Below, piece by piece: positions 1 through 11,800 of a stretch of DNA of 64,000 nucleotides; the first letter of the stretch is position 1; each line of letters begins with the position of its first letter. The DNA comes from Balanoglossus misakiensis. Its lineage: Eukaryota; Animalia; Hemichordata. The notes under the pieces are model-generated. The model ran no database searches and was not told the origin of the DNA. It saw only the letters and a list, made by a program, of their open reading frames with translations. The stretch covers positions 8,173,625-8,237,624 of the forward strand of contig CM082579.2 in the NCBI GenBank assembly GCA_040954595.2, in the 5' to 3' direction. The translations under genes were made by a program, and so were the position numbers.

Positions 1-206
1 TGATGGAAATTTGTTCATTTTGATTGTTGTTCTCCTTGGGCATCAGGAAATGACAGTTTTCTTCTGGTGAAATTTTGAAGTTCAGTGATGTGGCTTTTTT
101 GATCAAAAATGAAACTGCACAAATTGACACTTTGCTTCATTTGTTTGGTCTGTTTTGCAGCTAGACAGATCATTTTATCTTCTCGCTACTTGCCTTTTTG
201 ATCCAG

Positions 207-937
207 GAGGAAACTGGAAGAGGAGGAGAAAGAGAAAGAGAGGAGGAGGCAGGAGAAACAACAACGACGGAAAGAGAACCAGCAACGGAGGGAAGAAGCG
301 AGAAGGCGAAGGCGCGAGGAGAAGAGGAGACTTGTAGCTGAACAGGAATTGCAGCGGAAGATAGCGCTGGAAGAAAGGAAGATTCTTCTGGCACAGAGAA
401 AGTTGGAGTCGATGAGAATGCTGACAGAACTTCTGGAGAGAGCTAAGGTTAGACTCACATTGGTGTGTGTGTTATATCTTGGGGGGGGGGGGGGGGCCTT
501 CAGATTTTGTTGGATCTGTTGAATTTGGACTTATCCACAAGTTTATGCCCTTTAACCCAACCTGTGATGTGGTTTTTGGGTAAAGTGTTCCCACAATTCC
601 CTGATGTTGATTGTTTGTTTGTTTGTTGTCGTGCACTCAGGTGATCAAACAGGAACAGGAAGAGCAGAGGAAGCTGCAAGAGTTGGAGGAGGAGAAGAAG
701 CGAGTTCTGCGGGAGGAGGAGAGAAAGAAGGCCGAGGAGGCCAAACGGAGACAAGTGAAAGAGAAAAGGAAAGCGGAGAGACTCAAAAGGCAGGAGGAGG
801 ACCTGCGGAAGAAAATCCTGAAAAATTTCCAAATGAAACAAGAGAAAGAGGACCTTGAGCAGAGAGAGGTGCGAAGGAAACAACTGAAGGGCAAGTCCCT
901 GAAGTCAGCCGTTGTGGTGACCTCAAGTACCAGATGA
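207..937 (+). CDS. AKAP17A: A-kinase anchor protein 17A (SFRS17A/XE7) homologue, last two coding exons; 5' part lies outside the window
   Basis: Exons 207-447 (atccag| ... AAG|gt) and 641-937 (actcag| ... TGA) join in frame. They encode a charged coiled coil containing KIALEERKILLAQRKLESMRMLTELLERAK, which matches the conserved AKAP17A block (recalled human KIKLEERKLLLAQRNLQSIRLIAELLSRAK). Confidence 0.9.
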
Positions 938-1712
938 TCGATGAATTCAGTCTCGGATCTCGCTGTACTGTCCAACTCAGAAGTGCACTGCGACCTATTT
1001 ACACTCGCTTCATGGTGGTTGGTTTCAAGTGATTTGCCCCAATCCTCAGGATGTTCAAGGTCTACGAACGTTTGGGTTCAGACGATGTCTATGTCAATAG
1101 TTAACATGGGTGAATCAGAATGTGTGAACCACTAAAATTGCACAACCTCCAATGACCAAAAAAGGTCAAAGATTTGATATGATTTCATTTTGTCTTCAGT
1201 GCAGTAACACAACGTAGGCTAGCTGCATCTCATGAAAGGATTGTTCGTATGGCCAGCCCTGAACATAACCAATCTCTGGCTTTTGCATAATTTTCCACTC
1301 GAACATGTAAACTTGGATTCAGTGAAACCAGCAGGCCAAGAATTACATGTACCAAGTTTTATTTCATTTACAGTCAGTTTCAAGTGTTTGGAATGAAAAA
1401 TACCTTTCCAGTAGAAACATTCTTTGCCTTCAAGTACTGCATGTCACAGGTGTTAGTGGCAGGCTGTAGGACATTCATGGTCTCAATATGTAATGCCAAC
1501 CAGACTAGTATGTAGAAGGGATTTTTTTTGAGGCCTGCATCCCCTCCTGGAATGCATCTGGACGAGTGTGCTGAAAGAATCCTTTTAATGAGATGTGATA
1601 ACTTGTTTGCAGTGTAGATTTTTTTAGCACAATTATGGTGAAAGATTTTATGTTGTGTACCAGTACACTTGTGAGCAGTCTATCAACTTTTACAAGAGTT
1701 GATGTTTCAAGT

Positions 1713-1738
1713 AATAAAAGTTTTAATTTTTAAATAAA
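1713..1738 (+). terminator. Candidate polyadenylation signals of AKAP17A
   Basis: AATAAA at 1713-1718 and 1733-1738, about 0.8 kb after the stop, followed by GT/T-rich sequence. Confidence 0.55.
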
Positions 1739-4700
1739 TGCTTGTTGGAACTTTTTGCATGCTTTTTCCGGTTCTAACTGATGTCAGTCTAGAGCAATAC
1801 GCAAATTGTAGATGACACATCACTCCAATTTGTGCAAATGCTGGCAACATGGAAAATCAGCAGTAATGAGAACAGGAACCACAACCACACACCATGGCTT
1901 TTGGTCTTTTTGATTTTTTTTAATCCACTCTTACAACTATGAGAAACTACACGTTAAAACAGTCACTGAACAGCAACAGAGAAATGGGAGAGAAAAAAAA
2001 AGATACAGTAACTGGAAAAAAAACGATAAAAGTAAAACAGCTTAACAGTAAAATCACCACCACATGATCATACATTTACACTGTAGGTGTCAACTTCTGA
2101 CATGCCCTATGCCCTTGTGCATTTCAACTAAAATCTGTACACAAAAAGACTCCTCAAAACCTTATGTTTTACAAATGTACATTTCAGTCCTTTCGGCGTT
2201 CTGATTGGCCGACTCGGTATTGCAATCGGCCAATCACACGTCAGCATGACAGGTGTTGTGCAGGACCAACCTACAGTATGGAAAATCAAGTCTTACTCCC
2301 ATGATTCAAAAAGACCAAAAAAATTTGTTTTCTAAAAATTCTAAATTGGCCATTTTGTCGAAGTATTTGCGAAGAAGAGGGAAAAAAATGTAACACTTGC
2401 AATGTTCAGACATAAGCAGTGAGCTACTAATTTTCTATATCAACCACTACCCCCAAAAAATAATCTGAAATATTCTTTGCACAAAAATTCAGAATAATTA
2501 CAGAAATAATTTTTGAAATATGTAAACTACATTTCAGACAACTTAAGTTCATAAAGTGAATTCATGAAGTTTTATCATAAAATATGTAATCTTTTTATAA
2601 TTCCTTTTCTCCCTTTTTTTGGTCAATATTCTTCATGGAAGTAAAAAGTAAATGAACTTGAAAGAAAATACAGTCTTTGTAAGTCTAAATACAGATAAAT
2701 CTACCTTCAAGATATTTAACTAACACTTGAAGGGGAAAAAAATGTTGCCATCGCTTTTAGGTAACAAGAATTACCAGTATCATTAGGAAAAAAACAGATC
2801 TTGATCATACCATCAAAATAAAGGACCACACTTGGTTAAGTTCAAAAATACTGATATATTGCAAATTGGTTAAGTTTATATGTCAGTGACGATTGCTAGT
2901 ATTTTTCTGATAATTTGTTTTTTTGCGTTTTTTTTTTAAGTTTTGTTACTAGACTACTCAGCAGATGAATATATCACAAAAAAGTGATTTTTTATTTTAT
3001 CATTTTTCATTATTTAAAAAAAAAGTTTGATGAGAGAATGTACTGTACTGCCATATTTAATTTTAGACTAAAAATCAAATTTTTTTTTGCCAGCTTTTTT
3101 TGCAAGAGTTTGGGTTCATGCATCAAACTGAAACAGACCATTTTTTTGTAAGATTCAATTCTCAGATTAGACCTGGTCTTCATTACTGTACAAAGTTCAA
3201 ACTCAGGAAGAACTGAACCCATGCTGTACATGCCAATCCATTCATTTCTACCTCTCTGTCATGGATTGTCAAATGGAATCCATACTCAACTCATGGCACC
3301 ATAAATTCTGGCTATTTCTCTGTAATGGCAACCATTAACAACGTCCGCGCTTGTTTGCCGTCCGTTGTTCAACACTTTTCGTTTCCAAACTTCGAGTACT
3401 TCAGTCTATAATTTAGTACACTGTAGCTTGTTTGTAGCAACAGCGTTCACTCACAACATACAGGCTTCATCATCTCCCAAACTGATGACGTTTTTGTCAT
3501 CATTCAATGACAAATTCCGCATTGACAAACACTCAACTCTCGAGAGTACTGCGAAGTCATTTAGAGTAATAGCCACATGCGCTACCGCGCCAGACCAGTG
3601 CAAAATAACTGCACCAAGTAATAAATTTACCACCATTTTGGTGTGGGTCTGCAGTGCCTTAGAACTCATCTTCATGGCTCCCAAACAATCCGTGCACATG
3701 ACATTTGAACTTGTTTACTGAACAATTCCACAAGGGGAAAAAAAAAACTCTGACCAATTATAAACAAGTCAACAAAATCACTGCTGGTCGGCAGCTCATT
3801 TTTAGTCAGGCCTTGTTTCAATGGATCCAGCAAAGTACACTTCTTCCCTTCTCCACAAGAAAAGGTCACTGACCTCTCAAGTTTAACAAGACCACTCTCG
3901 GCTCAACGGCCACTAATTAAACGTGGCAAGCCGAGACGACTGATCCGAGAAAAAGTACACACACAAAAAAATTAGCATATATCACACTCACTGATGAAGT
4001 AAATAAAAGTTAACCATCCACTTGTCATTTATATTATTTATAACTGCTCGAAAATATAATAGCATTAAATGCATAACAGAACTTGAACTAAGAGAAAATA
4101 CCACACGACTCCTACTGGCACCAGTTAACTGTTGTTAGTATTAAAGATGGAAGAAATGATTTAAAACGTTTTCTATTTTCCCTCTCTTGAGTAGCGATTT
4201 CTTGGTTCTGGGGTGGGGGGCTGGGGGAGTTTAAATGTTAATATTAACACCAACAGAAGCAAGAGTAAACACAAGTACATTTTCTGATGTACTTCAATAA
4301 AAAGTTTTTACTTTAGGAATGTTTAGTCAGTTTGAAAAAAAACGTAATGGCGTATCGTGTGTAATTGGCTTTGCTGCCATGGATGTCCGTACTTCGCACA
4401 TAAAATGCATGGTTTCTGCACTGCTTGGCAAGCTTTTTGAGTTGCACCATTACTGGCATATACACGGACAGACTGACAATCCAGGCACAATACAGACTCG
4501 CATCCGAAGTACAATTCAAACGCCGTCTGCTTCTTGCGTCTTTAACAAGTGGCTCTTTGCAAAAGAACCACTTTTTTTCTGCGTGCGTAAATTTTTGACT
4601 TCACAAAGCCAGAGGTATATTAAGTTAAATTGGGTGGGGAGCAACACATATTTTTTTTTCCATTTATGTGAAAACCTTCCCCACGTTATCGGAAAATAAC

Positions 4701-5371
4701 ATTGATTATTAAACACCATGGGGTCACAAGTGTCATACATTACTCCAACCTGTATAATATATGGACAGTGAAGGTATTTAAATGTTGCCAAGAGGCTGTA
4801 ATGTTTTCCAAAAAAAAGGAAATTATCCCATGCAGCCATCTGTACATTGTAAATATAATCTTTGCCTTAATTTTCTGTAAAGGTAACATTAAGTTGATTT
4901 GGGCAGTTTTTTTTTTCTAACAGTGACAACGATGTGCCTTGACGTGACAAAATCAGACCTGCTACTAACTGGTACAAAGACACTGGACAATTTTTTTAAT
5001 CAACGTCAGATGGACAAAAAAGAAATTGCAAGACCCTGCTTTGTCCACAAGGTTGTTTTTTTAAATGGTATGATCACCCGTGAAATTTTGGATGCAACCA
5101 TCGAAGGAGGGTCTGACTACATCGGGGAGAGATACTTCGTAGAAGAGGTATCTTGAAGTTTAGGGGGGGGTGGGGTAGGAATCTCCCCCTACTTCCACTT
5201 TGCTTCTCTACGGCAAGCGCTAGATCAACTGTTATTGCTAAAGCACCAGGTGTGTTTAAAGTGACCATGCAAATTAACAGTGGCAGGAACCTTTGGGTGT
5301 TGAACACAATGTCAGCAGATTGAAAAGCTGGACTTGGGGTCTTAATTTGGGAAAGTCTGATAGTGAAGTGC

Positions 5372-5406
5372 AATAATTGATTTCTTCAATAATTGATTTC
5401 TTCAAT
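5372..5406. repeat. 16-bp tandem duplication (AATAATTGATTTCTTC x2) in the LARP1 3' region
   Basis: Two adjacent exact copies plus a partial third, read directly. Confidence 0.75.
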
Positions 5407-5801
5407 GAAGAAAATAAAAAAGATTTTTCAATAAAAAGTGTGAGCTACACCAGCTTGGTGATTTTTAGCAGATTTTTAAAAAATCAATGTATAGTCAATG
5501 ACAAAGTAGCCCAAATCGAATGACAATATGACTTAAAGCTGACATATAAAGAAAGTATTTTCAACAGCTGCAATGGCCATTTTTTTGACTCCTGACTTGC
5601 CAATTGAAAACAAAAAATGGCCACGGTAGGATTGAGCGATTGATTTCTCCTCAAGCCAACATTCCCCCCTAATTTGCATGGTCCAGAGTGCCCCCAGTTG
5701 TCTCTAAATTTTCTGTGGCTTCCCACTTCAATGAGAAGCGCGAAATAAAAATTCCAGCTGCTCATTCTAAATCAAGGCTCTTGTCGGTCGGTCCATAAAT
5801 A

Positions 5802-8800
5802 TCACGATTTTTCAGAGTTGTTTGTTGCACTGTTGTTACTCTCCTCCTGTGCTGCTGCTGCTGTGGCTGTTCCTCCAGCTGCCGCCGCTCCCCCTTCTGG
5901 TGCTGCTTCTGCTTTCGGTGGCCCCGGTGATGGCACTGCCTTGGCACCTGCAGGGCTTTCTGGTTTGGGTTTGGTTTCCGCGGTGGCGCCGCTGGCTGCT
6001 CCCTTCTTCTCGTGCTTTGTCCCTCCGGACTTTCGCCTCTCCCGGGACTTGTCCGATTTCTCTCCTCCCTTCGCACCCATCATCTCTTCTTCCTCCTTTG
6101 GATACTGTGGCAAAATAGAAAATAACATCCATTTATTTGTTTGTTCAATTCACCAAATTTCAGGCTACAGCCATAATAGAGGGGGGGGGGTGGCAAAGCA
6201 CCCGATAACATAATTATGTAATCTCTATCTCATTTTTAAGACCTACATGAAAAACAAAAGTTTCTTCACATCATTGTGACTGTCAAGCATAAGCAGCACA
6301 TATTTTATAAAAAATCTGAAAATATTGTAAGTTAGAATAAATGGTATACGCAGTATCAAAGACTTCTACTATGAGCAAAATAACAAAGCCAAAGGTAGCA
6401 GCTGTGTCCCTATATAAATTAGCCAAATATTGGTATTCTTTACTCACCACGACTCGGAAATCCTCCAGTCTCTTAAATTTACTGAGAACTTCTTTCAGCT
6501 TGGGTAGTACATCTACTTTGGTTCTGGAATACTTCAAGTACGCCCAGAATTTTTCCAAGCCATAGAGTTGACCTGCACATAGGAAATGAATTATGCATGA
6601 GTGTATGAACCCTTTTACATAGAAATTCTATATGTTTTATAATACATGGGGGATGTCACAAAGGTAACAAAATGTCCCGTACAAGAGTATTGGAAAATAC
6701 GAGTTTATGCTATCTGATGTTCTATTTATCTATGATCATACAAACTTGCCAGCTCAACAAACACTGGTGAACGCTTTTGCCGGTGCAGATCACCAAAAAA
6801 CTCACCACTTTCATAGTCCCGCATCGTCTCTTCCTGGAAATCCTTAAAGATGTCCTGCCGGAACTTCTTCTCCAGGCCGTAGCTGTAGTAGCGGAATAGA
6901 CACTCCAGTCCGTACCGGTAGCTGGCTTTGGAGTCTTCCACCGCTAGCTGCCGGAACTCCTGGTACATTTTCCTGTTGAAGTTAGTCCTTAGGAAGAACG
7001 ACCAGAACCTGAAGAGCGTGTTCATCTCCTGCGACTGTCCCACACCGAGTTTCTTGCGTTCTGAGAGAGGAAAAAAAGTATAAACTTGATAATGAAGCCA
7101 TGGAAATATGATGAAAGTTTATATGAATTTTGTCGCTCACTGATTCGGGTGAGCAAGTTAATACATTGATATGATTGAAGAAAAAAGTGAAATGTACTGA
7201 GAGCTTTGTTCAGTTTTATTACGGCAGGAAGGGTCAAGAAATCAGTACTGATAACACATTAATTTTATGTAATCTGGAACATTTGATACTGAGACACAGT
7301 TGGGAGAGGGTTTGTGCATCACGTACCTTTGAGGCATTTCTGGTGATACTTATGATACACATGCTGAGTGAAGTTGTTTTCCTTAAGAAGTCCGTGCGAG
7401 GGGTGTTCGAATTTGGGGAATGATTGGGGAGTACTGCCGTAGCTGCCGGAGATGGGAGCGCCTTCCGATGGAGAACTGTGGGCACAAAAAAGAGGGTAAC
7501 AACGTTATTTCATGTACGCTACAACACCATGGAAGCTGAGGATAAATTGCACGTACGTAGTGCTTGCAACACTTACATCACCCATACTTAGGGATGAGAC
7601 GACCCTTACCTGGTAGACGCCGTCCTGGGTCTGTGCTCCTTGGCTCCCAACACCCAACCAACGTGGTGTTCTACCGGTGGGTTCTTGCCGTGCTTTGTTT
7701 TCTGTTTCCGTGGAGACTGTGGAAGACAGACAGACAAGACTATCATTGTCACGCCCAGTGTTATTATGTGATTATTGATGATTTATTGATGGGGGGGGGG
7801 GGGGGTGTAATTCTTCTATAGCATATTTTGGGATTATTAATTACGTGCAGGTTTGACGGTTAAAAACTGGATCTCTAAAATCCACCACAACATGGATGTT
7901 GCAATAATAAAATGTAGAACATGATAACCCCCAACAGGAACATACCCTGGCATCTAATGGTTTGCCTTCCTTCACGACCGGATAGAACCTGGGCACGGCC
8001 TGGCCATCTTTCATCTTCGGTGTTCGGGCGCCGGCCTTTGGCGTCCTCTGTCTGACGTCTGGAACCTTGGTTGGCAATGATCTGGCTACACCCACAGCGG
8101 CATCTGCAGGTTTGACGACAGGAACGGCAACTGCAAGAAAATCAGAGAATTTGTCGATATCAATGGAGCTCAAGTACTGTGACCTTAAAAGAAAATGCAT
8201 TTCATCTTTTACTGCCATCTTTGTACTCAGCATGACGAGCTGTTTAAGGCCACTGTCCAAGTATTTCAGCAGACACTACAAAATCTGTATCATGCCGAGT
8301 ATTCAAGCTTTGCCAGCCTTTTTAATGTTAAAACTACAACGTCCAATGTTGACATGGTTTGGAGATAGCCTCCGAGGATCGAACCCACACAGTGCAGCCC
8401 CCTCACCCAGGAAAGTAGACTAGAAACACTTCCAATGTACGACACGCAGGGCATTTCTTAGGTGTACATAATAATATAGACAATCTTGCAAAGCACAACA
8501 AAATCTCCAGTAATTTCACCAGGATGGCATGCAAGAGAGAACGGATGTACAAGTATTTACCTGATTCCGTGGTCTTTGCTGACACATCTTCTGTCTGTTT
8601 GCCCACAACAGGTGGAGCTGGAGGCACCTTCTGTCTCTCGTGAGCGATTAGTGGCGTGATGGAGGAGAACTCCTCCTTGCTTATCGTTTGAATCTTGTTG
8701 TAATTGAACTTGTCCTGGGGAGGAGAATCATTGAAGATGTTGTCACCCACAAAGCATACAAAAACGGGAACATGTTTAACACTAGTCTACGGAAACTTTT

Positions 8801-11800
8801 AGAACATAGCTGAGAGTAATTTATGAAATTTATGATGCAAAAAGCGATTTTACAGTTTTTGCCAATTCTTTTCACGATAGTTAACCTTCTTGGCCACATG
8901 GATAGTTTGATAAATTTACCGGGGCTTTCTTCGAAAAAATGTCTCCGTTCTTACAGGGCTTTCAAGGTACAAGAACCCTTATGACAAAACCCTGTCTCTG
9001 ATCCACCCTTACCATGATATTCACATAGCTCTGGTCATTGTACTCTTCCCACAGGTCCTGTTCAAAGTAGTGCAGTCCATCGTTGATGACCTTGGCCAGT
9101 TCCTGCGTGATCTTGGACCTGTGTTCGTGGTATCCCGTCCGGTCGTGTTTTTTAGGGGCAGGGGGAGTCTGCGTCACTATGATGATTTTGTCGATCTCAG
9201 TGTCAGACATTTCATAGTCAGAGTCGTCAGACCTGATGGAAGTTTATGAGTTCGTGCAATGTGTCAATATACAATCAGTAATCACTGTAATTTTCCATAC
9301 AATAATGTACAATTAATGGCCTCCCTTTTCTGTGTTTGGTTCAAAGTGTATATGTAACACGCACGCAACCACACACACTCATACATGTACATACATCCAT
9401 ATCGATGGGCATTCATACATGTAGGTTGTATGTCTGTCTAATTATCTCTTTACCTGAGCATATTTAGATGCTACAGAAAGGAAGGCAAGTGTACAAAGCA
9501 TTGCATATTTGTCATGACGTTCCAACATTTCCACTTGCACTCATGTGAGCATCAATGCTGCAGACTTCCCTGCTAGCTGTATCATTATCAAGAACAGATA
9601 GACAGTCTACAGACAGACAGACAAGACAGACAAAACAGACACACACACACACAGACACAGAGTCTACACTCACCAGTCTTCTGCATACTCTGTTTTCTTG
9701 CCACTCAACTTCAGCTCCTCATCAAACTGAAAGTCCAACTCCTCCTGCTCGTGGCCACCAAAGGAATCATGCTGCGATGACCCCGACACTTGCCTCTGAA
9801 AAGTTGTACAAACACAAGAACGTTATAGAGTGGATGACTAGCCAATGCAGCTCTTCGTCTTTGCGGTTTTGGTGTCTCATACTACTCAACACTTTGTTCA
9901 TTGGAAGTCAAACACTTCACTTTTCAACTTTTCATTTTTTGGGGGTTGGGGTGGAATCTAAACGATCACATTTTGCCTTTTGAACTTCTGTGATAATCTG
10001 CGACTGCCCCCAAGTAAACAGAGCTCAAATAATGTACGTATGTATGTGGCAAAAATGGACGGTTGCGAGGGCAGTCACCATACCTTTCTAGACGAACTTC
10101 TGTGTCTCTTCTTGACCTCGGTCCAGTCGCCGGTGTCAAACTCTGGTGCACTGGTGGACAGCCCCACAGTCATGGCTGATAAGTACGAGGACTGTGTGCT
10201 ACTGTGACGTTGGCTGTCTGCGCCGTCACTTCCCGGCACCTGCGTTGGCGAGGTGGGTGCCGATTCTGTTGGTATTGGAAAAAGAAAAGTAAAGTAAGTT
10301 AAACACTGGGAGATTCTGTGTCACACAGCTGTGAAAGTCTGAAAGAGTCATGCGTGAAATTACAGGAGAAGTCCGACTAATAAACCCATCAAGTAATTAC
10401 AGAACCAACCAGTCAGACATGGTTCGCACATTAAGAGATACACCATCTGCCGAATACATGTATTTTTAGTTCTTTCTATAAATAAATGTCGGAATTCTGT
10501 GGACATTGTACACTCTTTAAATGTGATACTCTGACCAACTCTCTTTAGGAAAATTTGAACAGTACTGTAGCAAGTACAAGTGCCTTTTTTGAGAGATAAT
10601 AATTTTTCTGTCTGGCTTTAGTCTGCTATGTCTGACAGGAGACCAAACCACGAGGCCACACACACCACCAAGTACCCACCTGTTTCATGTATTGTCGGGT
10701 AGTAAGGCTGTCCAGGCACAAACTCTGGACAGTCTGCCTGCAGTGTGCTCTGCTCCACTACGACCGGCTCCGGCATAGTTATCGGCCAATCATGAGGCCG
10801 GGTGAAAGGTCGCACTTTGGTATGGTCCTCGGACATTTCAACTTCCACGCTATTCTTCAAACTCTGAGGAGATTGAAATCAACACCAAATGCACAATCAG
10901 GAATAGTCAAAAGTACAGGTAACTGCAGAATATTTCGGCACTAAGCAGTCGAAACAGGCCTCATACAAAAGTCGTTCAATTTTCTTCAAAGTATGGGGGG
11001 ACCATACTTTCTTAAGTATGTGAACAGCAAGTATGAACAATAATCATAAGCCTTCAATGAGCCAAACAACTTGTGTGAAAGGTTGGGTCTGTACTTGTTT
11101 TTTTTTTTTGTTTTTTTTTTGGGGGGGGGGGGGTGAACGGGGTGACAGAACACCCACCTCTATGATCAGCTCCATGTCACTTGTGAGGGTCTGCACTCGC
11201 TGGAATCCAGCTATCAGACTGATTGGCAGAAACCCTTCTTTATCCATCTGAAATTGCATGGAGAAAAAAGGAAAGAAAAAAAAAACATGGTTCAGAAAAA
11301 GGATGTCAATTCAGTACTGCACAACACATGCAAAAAGTCCAAGTCGCACAATGCAATGTACTTCAAACATTCATCCTTCAAAGGTAATAGCCTCATACAG
11401 ACAAGTTCAACTATCTTCAAAGTGTGCAAGGCACACGTATTGAGTATGTGAACAGCATATATGAACAATAATCACAGGCTACAAATGCTCAAACTCCCCC
11501 ACTTGGTCACATGACACATTTGGCAAAGTTCCAGGCAGGTCACATGATCTGGACTATTACCATGCTATTGGCCAAGTATTTCAATGGGAGCATACACTTA
11601 CCTTTTTCCTAAGAAAGATGTCTTTGACAAGGTTTTCTACGCTGAAGTAGTATTCTCTGCAACATAATTCACCATGCATTAGACAAATGCTTTAAAACGT
11701 AAATTTTAGGGAAAGAAGTTGAATGTACCGGTATTTGCTTGCTCAGATTTGGTTTGGCTTGTCATACAAACATGACAGTTGGGTATCCTCATTTATCGAT

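Noticed and set aside
481-496. Poly-G runs here and elsewhere (e.g. 7791, 11121, 14250, 19980, 55064, 61683) as G-quadruplex regulatory elements
   Set aside because: Simple homopolymers scattered through introns and spacers with no positional pattern; their lengths are also error-prone.
170-975. Leu/Phe/Ser-rich minus-strand ORFs
   Set aside because: Antisense shadows of the purine-rich AKAP17A coiled-coil exons.
5762-6213. Several overlapping ORFs in alternative frames and strands
   Set aside because: By-products of the GC-rich, low-complexity last LARP1 exon. Only 5802-6104 is in phase with the upstream exon.
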